64,000 nt of DNA, from assembly GCA_951406725.2 (NCBI GenBank), contig OX597824.1, positions 97,774,001 through 97,838,000 on the forward strand, read 5' to 3'. The stretch is from Octopus vulgaris (lineage: Eukaryota). The translations under genes and the position numbers were made by a program. Position 1 is the stretch's first letter, and the number at the start of each line of letters is the position of its first letter. The notes below the pieces were generated by a model that ran no database searches, was not told the origin of the DNA, and was given only the letters and a program-made list of their open reading frames with translations. Positions 54,569 through 64,000 of the stretch are shown one piece after another.

Positions 54569-54600
54569 CATTGTCATCATCATCATTTCCATTGTCATCA
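54375..54600. repeat. (CGT)n/(CAT)n/(CACCAT)n array
   Basis: Directly visible. Confidence 0.96.
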
Positions 54601-54972
54601 ATATAAGGCAACCTACCTTCCAGACAAAATGCACAGATTATAAAATGCAGAAAGCAACAGAATCCGATCTTTTGCCATAATATTGAGTAACCAGGGCTTG
54701 TGAGAGAAATTTGGTGACCCGAAACTGTCGGAAGACCAGTAGCCACACGCACGCACGCGCACACACACACATATAGATACACACACAGATGTGTGTGTGT
54801 GTGCGTCGCGTCGGTCAAATCGGTGCGTCTAACAAAACACGTGGTATTCATTCCATTCGCGCCACATGCTCACACACATCTTTGTCACTGTTGCCATAGA
54901 AATTACATTGAATCACCGATCGTCCAGTAGGAAAGCTGGAACCATCGACGCTGGAATTCACAATGATGTAAG

Positions 54973-55030
<58 letters not shown>

Positions 55031-56619
55031 TGTGTGTGTGTGAACCACGACCACTACAACAGCCACCACCGCAACAACAACTACTGTCATCAACCCCACT
55101 ACCATCCCTACCACCACTACTACTACTACTACTAGCACCTCTGCCACCACCAACAACACCACTACTATAACCAACAACGCCACCACTACCACCACCACCA
55201 TCATCATCAGAATCACACTATCTCTAAGATCACCACTACCACGATCACTTCGACGACGACGGTGATGACCACAACCACCACCACCGCAACCACCACCACA
55301 ACCACCACTAACCTTATCATTTATTCCAAGTGTATTTTTTCTGCCCAGAAGAATATTTATTAGAATGGACAGCAGCGGACAGTTGTGGTGATGGTGGTGG
55401 TGGTGGTGGTAGCGAGAGGACATATTGCATGCCTGTCTTGAACATGACCACTACCATCATCATCATCATCATCATCATCATCACTACCGTGTCTTTAGGG
55501 GCTGTAATAATGAAATAAGATATAGGACACACGTCGTCACACCCATACACACACAGACACATACCTACATACATACACACATACATACATAAATACATAT
55601 ACACACACATACATACACATGCTTATACAGACAGACGCACATTCACACACTAACTCGTGTACACAATGATCACCACCACCACCACCATTATCACTATCAT
55701 CATCATTATCATCATCACTAGTTGTATCCCGTTAGTCTGAAAACAGACTCCGTACCGTGTTCATATTTAACCACTAGTGTTGCTCTTTTTTTTTTTTTTA
55801 CTTTTTCACTATCTTTTCCTGATTGTTATGCGTGTTGGTGGTTTAAGATATGAACTTTTTCTGATAAACACGAGTTACACTGTTATGAATTGTTGCTGAA
55901 TAAAGTATAACTTTTATGATATCGGTCGGTCGCTTTTACACTCAGTTGGTAGATGTGCTTTGACAACAATTTAATACTTGTGACAGTATCTGAAAAAACA
56001 TGGCAAGATCTGTTTTTAAATATTCTTCCTGTTGAGCCAATAAATGATAAAGTACAACCCATCTTTTTCATTTATTGTGATCTGATACACGATGAAGTAT
56101 AGCCAAGGGGGCAGGAATCATTCACTGTTTCTTCAAAGGATCCTACTTTGTATTTTATTTAGCGTCTGCAGTTATATGCTCCTTTTTCTACAATATTGAA
56201 GAATTCTATTGCCATGCAATGAAATGAGGTATAAAAAACACTGCCAGTATATTGCAATTCATCGTGTTTCTATTAAAATCTTTATGACGTTTGTGATAAA
56301 GTTTTCAATAGAAGACAAAAGGAGTAACGCGGGATATTTATTTTCACTTTTCTAATCAGCAGCAGCTTGGTCAGCGATTCCTCTGCGACGGTCGACAATC
56401 GACGGCAAGGCGAGCTGCCACAGATCACACACACGCAAGCAGACGTGCGCGCGCGCTTGTGTGTCGCTTTTTTTTTTATCGTTTTCTTGTTTCAGTTTTT
56501 GGACCGACCATTGAAGAATTTTAGTCACACGAATGGAACCCTCTACTTACATGTTTTAAAGCCTGGCACTTATTCTGACGGTCCCTTTTGCCGAACCGCT
56601 AATTTACGGGATAATTTAC

Positions 56620-57157
56620 GGGATTCTGGGAGACTCGCAACCAACAGAACTGAGAAAAACATCATAGATTCGCGTGCAGCTGAGAGAGGAAATCACCGAA
56701 TCACCATCCATGAGTTATCAGAGGATGTGCAGATTAGTTACGGTTCAGTTCAGTCCATTGTAACTGAAGATTTGGGTATGAGACGCATGTCTGCAAAGTT
56801 TGTGCCAAAACTGCCTTCAGCTGACCAAAAAGGCGCAAGGTCTACTTGTTTGTGTCGTGAACGACGAAAACTCTTTGAAAGCTTTGTGTAGGCCTCTGAG
56901 CATTTATCGCCAAGCTTTTGGAAAAATCTGATAAGATTCTCAGCTCAACTTTCTCTGTCATGGTCAAAGCGATGATCACACTCTACACAGGTTTCTTCGA
57001 AGCACTGCTGTAAACAGCGGAAGTGAGCTAGAACGTTAAAACTCAGTACGCATGCAGAACAAAGTCGAGGGTCAATCTGTGCCGAGCGGTTTCATCCTGC
57101 GTGCTTTAGCTTCTTTACTATGGCAACAGTCCGGATACTTATTGATCAGAATACGTA
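56620..57157. mobile_element. Mariner remnant: plus-strand HTH fragment abutting a minus-strand 5' end with TIR
   Basis: RTEKNI...NHRITIHELSEDVQISYGSVQSIVTEDLGMRRMSAKFVPKL..DQK on plus; minus-strand start MTEKVEL (about 56960) and TIR-like tacgtattctgatcaataagtatccggactg (57127-57157). Confidence 0.85.
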
Positions 57158-57274
57158 TGTGTGTGCATGCGCGTATGTGTGTAAGTGTGTGTGAACGCGT
57201 GCGTGACCGTGCTGGAGCACTGCTGTTAGCCCAGCTACACCTTCTTTAACTGAAACCTTCTCTGATGTGTAGCA

Positions 57275-57575
57275 TTCGGTGAATGAGGGAGTTTGATGCT
57301 GCTCTGACCTGCGTTTCTTGCTGCGAGGTAGATTCCTCCGGAACACTTGACAGGAGGAGATTCAAATTCGTTTCCAAGACTCCTACAGCCACCCCACACA
57401 GGTCTCTAAGGTTTTATAAGAGAATATTGAAGACTTGTGGGTCCTTGACGACAAAGCTTTTGCAGTATCTGGTCGTGTATCCTAATGGCAATGTTGGGAA
57501 TTTTAGCATAATACAGTGGCGCCCCGTTCATAATACATTGTGTAACTTTCAATGCCAAAGATTTGAACAATTCGT
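57275..57575 (-). mobile_element. CR1-group LINE 3' remnant
   Basis: [46 protein letters not shown]...RAASNSL matches a CR1-type C-terminus (GP.LFN.LP..LR...FK..LD..L..VPDEP...SNSL). Confidence 0.75.
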
Positions 57576-57577
57576 AA

Positions 57578-57621
<44 letters not shown>

Positions 57622-57711
57622 GTGTATAAACATACATATATACATATGTACATATATATGTGTATATATATGTATATCGTGTATATATATATATATATAT
57701 ATACATATATA

Positions 57712-57762
<51 letters not shown>

Positions 57763-57767
<5 letters not shown>

Positions 57768-58245
57768 TAAAAATGGTTTATGACTATTTAATTTTTTCCC
57801 ACTAGGCCGCTGGTGGCAAAAGAATTCTACAAAAATTTTTTTGCCACCCTATATTGATTAATTATGAATTTTCTGGTTAATTCCGTAATGGAATCGGCGG
57901 CTTATATTTATTTGCTGCCGATAAATTTGGCGCGAGTGCGACGATTTGAAAATTTTAGGTCAGATATTGCCGAGGTAGCAAGGGGAATGCCTCGTGAAAA
58001 ATATCTGTTCCGACTTGGCTATTTCTTACTGATGAATCTAAGGGCCTATGGTAGATTGGCTTGATTTAATTTAATCAGGTTAGTTTACCATTAAACGGTA
58101 GATGAAACGGTGCATCGTCTAAGAAATTACAGGGTAAATGTTTTTTAATTTTCTCCTGGTTTACGGAATTGATGTTATTTTGCGGTTAAAGCTTTTGGCT
58201 GTTATTTCTAGAGGGTGAATGGCCTATTATGGCCGTTCCTTGATT

Positions 58246-58250
<5 letters not shown>
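57763..58250. other. About 490-bp segment of unknown type between two copies of the same interrupted (TA)n array
   Basis: ccgtgtataaacatacatatatacatatgtacatatatat...gtatatcgtg occurs at about 57620-57681 and 58336-58397. Confidence 0.6.
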
Positions 58251-58337
<87 letters not shown>

Positions 58338-58394
58338 GTGTATAAACATACATATATACATATGTACATATATATATGTATATATATGTATATC

Positions 58395-58517
<123 letters not shown>

Positions 58518-58802
58518 TCGCTTGATTACGAATTTTGTTTCGGTTGTCACTAAATCTGGTTGAATTTTTTTTAATAAATTTGTCTCTAGTTATAATATTA
58601 TTAACATTCTGTTGATATTAAAATTACATTCAAATAACAACTTAAAAATTTGCATGCATATATGTGTGTATGTATCTGTAGCTGTGTGTGTGTCTGTGTG
58701 CGTGTGCATTTATCTCATTATCTCAAGTCTATTAAAATACCGTCACTCTCATCCACTCAGAAGCACTCAGCCACATATAAAAGATTATGGCAATCATTCC
58801 GT

Positions 58803-58842
<40 letters not shown>

Positions 58843-59284
58843 CTCTCTCTCTCTCTTTCCCTCTCTCTCTTTTTCTCTCATTCTGTCTTTGACAATCTCT
58901 CTTCAACGTTAGTTTTTGCCAATTTATTTTCCTAAAATGAAAAAGAAAAGAAAGAAATGTTCTTCTTCCACTCTCACTCGACACAGTCTTCTTTCAATCC
59001 TCTTCTCAACACTTCCCACAGAGATTACTCAACACTTCTCAAAGATTCTTCAAACGCCATCTGCTCGGCCCATAATTGCGATTCCTTTAAAGTGTTGTTG
59101 ACCAGAGAAACCCACTCAACAAGAATTCCCAGACCCAAGAACTCTTTTTCACAAAAAAACACTTGTAAACACGTTTTGCACTGTTGTTTAGAACAACAAC
59201 TGTTGACCTAACACACATGCACACACACACACACACGTACGCAGACGCATACACATAGCTTTATGATACTTATACATACATACA

Positions 59285-59320
<36 letters not shown>

Positions 59321-59407
59321 TATATATCTATGTATAACTACACACATATATATGTGTGTATATATTTATATAAATATATATATATACACACATATTTGTA
59401 CATGTGC

Positions 59408-59443
<36 letters not shown>

Positions 59444-59694
59444 TCACATATATATATGTGTGTGTGTGTGTATGTATATATATATATTGCAAATATCATT
59501 ATAAGCTTTCGCCGTATATTGCGTTCATTCCCCACGTATACTAATCGCCATTTTTGTTTTTTTGTGTCCAAATATTCGACTATTTTCTATAGTGTAGACT
59601 TACGGTGAAAAGTTACATTTACAAAATGTTCACTAGTCATCGTTTCTTAGCTTACGCAGAAAATGTATATCTATGTTGGTGGATATACATATAC

Positions 59695-60133
<439 letters not shown>

Positions 60134-60502
60134 TACAAACACATATTCATGTGTTTATGGCTATGAATATGTATCTATTAACGATGGTGCATGCTTAAAA
60201 ACGTCGCAACCCGTTGCTTGTCACAGACCTCTCTCTCCTTCTCTCTCTCTCTCCCTCCCTCCTTCTCTCAATTAACCCTTGCTGACCCTTGTACAGTATT
60301 CCTTCGCTGTTGTACAATGTAGGTTATGCAAAAGGTATGACAGTCTAGGGTGGTACTCTGGTTGACATTTATGCCACTGTGACGTCATTGATCTTCTACC
60401 GTTTAATTACAAGGACGCTTAGAAGAATCACTTGAGAATTCCTGAGAAGTTCTACAAGAGGGAGAGCTCTTAGCTGTAAGTCTATCTCATGTGTGTGTAT
60501 AT

Positions 60503-60540
<38 letters not shown>

Positions 60541-60706
60541 ATTTTTGTATTTGATATAAATGTATGTATATGCGTGTATTTGTGTTTTTTGTGTATCTGT
60601 ATAAGTGTGTGTGCGTATGTGTAAGTGTATGTGTGTATGAGTATATATATATGTATATAAGAGGAGTCATTAATAACGAACTTTACATATTTATTTGTGC
60701 ATCGTA

Positions 60707-60763
60707 AGCTTACAGCTGTTTCCGATATACACTGAAGGTGCGTTTATTGTCCTTCTCGAAGCT
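60707..60763 (-). ncRNA. Degenerate hammerhead-like motif related to 2864-2921
   Basis: agct tcgagaa ggacaataaacgcaccttcagtgtatatcg GAAA cagctg TA agct; shares the 16-mer gaaacagctgtaagct with the 2.9-kb copy; 5' core decayed. Confidence 0.4.
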
Positions 60764-61062
60764 CAATCGATCGATTGATTGATTGTTAGCCTGTGTGTAT
60801 TTCTATTAACAGAGAGCATGGGAGGTATCGTGCCCGAATTGCTGAATAAGTCTTAATATATGCTTAATATGTGTGTGTGTGTGTGTTTGTGTATGTGTGT
60901 GTATGTACACACATACACAAATATATATGTGTGCGAATGTGTGAAGTGGGAGATATTGGCACAAACAAAAACGAAAAACATTCTAAAATGCTTACGTCCG
61001 GCATCTGCATCAGTACATACATAAATATCAATATAAATACATACATACATACATACATACAT

Positions 61063-61093
<31 letters not shown>

Positions 61094-61113
61094 AATCACA
61101 CACACACACACAC

Positions 61114-61202
<89 letters not shown>

Positions 61203-61649
61203 AAGCAAAGCCACAAACGCATATATGTACACAGATAGATAAACTGATTGTGTTGTGTCGTGGGAATCTATGAAACAGGTGTTCTTAGACTGTGAGAAGT
61301 TGTCCAGCAGAAATGACGACAAACACGATTGTGTTGTGGGAGACTGGATAATCAGTATGAACTTGCAGTTGAGGTGTGGAGAACCTTTACATATTCATAT
61401 GAGAAGCTACAATTAGCAGCTAAATCCCCTCAAATCACGCCAAACCTCCTTCAAAACAGACTCTTTGGATATCGCAGCCCAAAAATACTGTGTATCAAAA
61501 ATGAGATGTTACGACCAGCACAAGACCTCATCAAATATACTTTAAGACTTTAACACATCTATGTTTTCTGCAGATGTCTATTACACAGCTTCAGTTCCTT
61601 TGACGAAAATTTCTCTGATATTTATATGAATTTCTTCGACCTGTTTCAG

Positions 61650-61940
61650 ATAATGACAAAGCAAATATGCTGAGGAAGTTTACAGACAATCACCAGATAG
61701 AAAAGAATAAAACTGATATCATTTTCCGTGAGAAAACTAGCAACACTGTTCTTCAGATTCGATAGAGACATATGTCTTTGTGAAGAGGGGAGTCGAAAAT
61801 CGAAGACATAACAATGATCTGGTTGAATAAAAGGCAGAATATAATAGTTACGGAGTCTGTATCAACCCATTTATGATCGTTAGAATGAAATTATAAAGGT
61901 ATTGACAGATTACCAATAAGAATTGCCATAGGAATACTCC
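61650..61940 (+). mobile_element. Possible R4/Dong restriction-like endonuclease remnant
   Basis: NDKANML...TDNHQIEKNKTDIIFREKT...VLQI resembles TD..I..NKPDI...K.....ID; stops follow. Confidence 0.4.
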
Positions 61941-61944
61941 AAGG

Positions 61945-62106
61945 TATGACTGTGGGGTTCGAAAGCTTTCCTTGTAACCACGAGGTTTCAGGTTCGGTTC
62001 CACTGTGCAGCACCTTAGTCAACTGTTTTCGTCTACCTTAGCCCTGGGCCGACGATTGCTTTATGAGTGAGCTTGGTAGTCGCAAACTGTGTGGAAGCCC
62101 ATCGTT

Positions 62107-62148
<42 letters not shown>

Positions 62149-62365
62149 CAGACATATGTGTGTGTGTGGACATGTGTTTGTGTTTCTGTTTCTCCCCATC
62201 ACTGCTTGACAACTGGTGGTTTGTCTACGTCCCCGTAATTTAGCGGTTCGGCAAAATGGGATCGATTGAATAAGTTCTAGACTTAAAGTATTTGATTGTT
62301 TTTTTTTTGTTCTGCTAAACGTTTCAAGGCGCTGCCACGGCTGCAGTTTAAGGACTGCTACAGGT
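61945..62365 (+). mobile_element. SINE family B (diverged, with internal microsatellite)
   Basis: ggttcggttccactgtgcagcacctt...gggccgac...gtggaagcccatcg-(TA)n-gcttgacaactgg...ccccgtaatttagcggttcggc. Confidence 0.8.
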
Positions 62366-62921
62366 ATAAAGAAAAGAAAGAAAACCTTATTATTAAAGCA
62401 TTTTTATACATTTTTTACTTTGAACATTTTCCCGCCATAAAATTGTTATTTCATCCGTTTTACTCAGATAAAAAGATGAAAACCTGTTTTCTTCTTCATT
62501 AATTAGTGGCAATAAAATTTCAAAGGGAAAATAACTTGAATGGAAAAGAATTTTTCTCTATATTTGAGATTTCTATTTGTTATTTTTTATATTTTTCTCC
62601 AAAATGTATTTAATAATTGTAAAATAACCGTTTAATAACATACAAAATTCTTAATTTCATTTCAAAATTTAAATTTGCACGCAAGAATGTACTTTGCACA
62701 TTCTAGTGTGCAAACTAAGTCACTTTCCCTGAAATAAATCTCAACTTAACCCTTGCTTGTCCGAATTGGTTTCATAAGTCCGTCCTAAATGTCTATGCTT
62801 GTTTTCAAACATTTAGTCAGCCATTGGTTCACATATTCTGAGTAAGATAAAACTTTCCTTTCATAAGTTCCATGTTACTTCGGTGGTTGAGGAAAATTTG
62901 AGAATGTTAATCATATGTGAT

Positions 62922-63233
62922 GTTTGTTGTTGATTGTTCCTTCTCGAGCCATGCCTGGCTCAAAGGGCCGGTTTCCCGGTTTCCTTGGCGTATAGGTTCC
63001 CCACCTGGACGGGACGCCGGTCCGTCGCAGGTGAGCTGCAAGATGCAGGAGGAAAGAGTGAGAGAAAGTTGTGGCGAAAGAATCAGCAGAAGTTTGCCAT
63101 TACCTTCTGCCGGATCCACGTGGAGCTCAGGTGTTTCGCTCATAAACACACACATCGCCCGGTCTGAGATTCGAACCCGCGATCCCTCGACCGCGAGGTC
63201 TGCAGCTCTAACCAATAGGCCATGTGCCTCCAC
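62922..63233 (-). mobile_element. Full-length tRNA-derived SINE with family C head and family D-type tail
   Basis: Head gtggaggcacatggcctattggttagag...gggttcgaatctcagaccgggcg; tail gcgacggaccggcgtcccgtccag; flanks taatcatatgtgat (62908-62921) and taatcattgtgat (63234-63246). Confidence 0.88.
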
Positions 63234-63656
63234 TAATCATTGTGATACGTGGACATCAAGGAAATACGTCCTGTGCATCGCATGAGAGACACAGGAGAAG
63301 CAAAAGTCTTAAAGAGAATTTGATAGTTTTATGTTGAACTGAATGCATGACCAACGATGTCGTTGCCTTAGTTTCAAAACGCATGGTCCTTAGTTCAAAT
63401 CCCTTGCTAGGCACCAACAACTCAGAAGCACTGATTTATTGATGTACTCCTCAAACCAGGAATAGCCTTAAGCCAATACAAAACATAGATATGTAATATC
63501 ACTAAACCACAAACAATAACAGCAACAACAAAAACAACAATAAATAAATAACAACGACAAAATATAAAGAACAAAAATTTCATTTCATTATATATAAATA
63601 CTTTAATTAATATATATAACTATATCCATGTATACATATACATATATATATACATA

Positions 63657-63703
<47 letters not shown>

Positions 63704-64000
63704 ATATATATAAATAAATATATATATATGTATATATATATATATACAATATACATATGTTTATATATTTATATATTATATATACATATATATATATATA
63801 TTGTGTATATATATATATATATTATAAATATAAGCACATACATATATATATAATATACATGTATAATATATATATATACATACATAAATACATGCATACA
63901 TACGTGCTATATATATATATACATATACACTTATATAGCTATATACATATTTGATACAGACACAAAATAAATTGTTCCATTTTTCTGTGGATGAGGCAAT

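Noticed and set aside
58029-58060. CTGATGA followed by an atcta/tagat stem
   Set aside because: The stem is followed by tggc rather than GAAA, so the hammerhead core is incomplete.

Overview
Eukaryotic, AT-rich, extremely microsatellite-dense DNA: (CA)n, (TA)n, (TATG)n, (GATA)n, (AAT)n, (GGT)n and (GAA)n. The tRNA-derived SINE families and repeat landscape are most consistent with an octopus (coleoid cephalopod) genome; this is an inference, no database search was possible. No complete host protein-coding gene can be supported, and almost all supplied ORFs are translations of simple repeats. The window reads as intronic or intergenic DNA filled with mobile-element debris: at least four tRNA-headed SINE families (many copies, some mosaic), remnants of RTE, CR1/L2-like, R4/Dong and Tx1/L1 non-LTR retrotransposons, a Penelope-like (GIY-YIG) element, and Tc1/mariner fragments. 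The most notable signal is a set of minimal type-I hammerhead-ribozyme (HHR) motifs with palindromic stem III, from about four different sequence families: 2864-2921, 30407-30452 plus 30661-30706, 41516-41548 plus 42413-42445, 59881-59926 and 60707-60763. Several sit in Penelope-style inverted terminal repeats. One (30314-30770) couples a tRNA-like Pol III head to an HHR, i.e. a candidate Penelope-mobilised ribozyme SINE/retrozyme. One possible first coding exon (46451-46540, minus strand) is flagged with low confidence. Boundaries of degenerate repeats are approximate and all family assignments come from motif recognition by eye.
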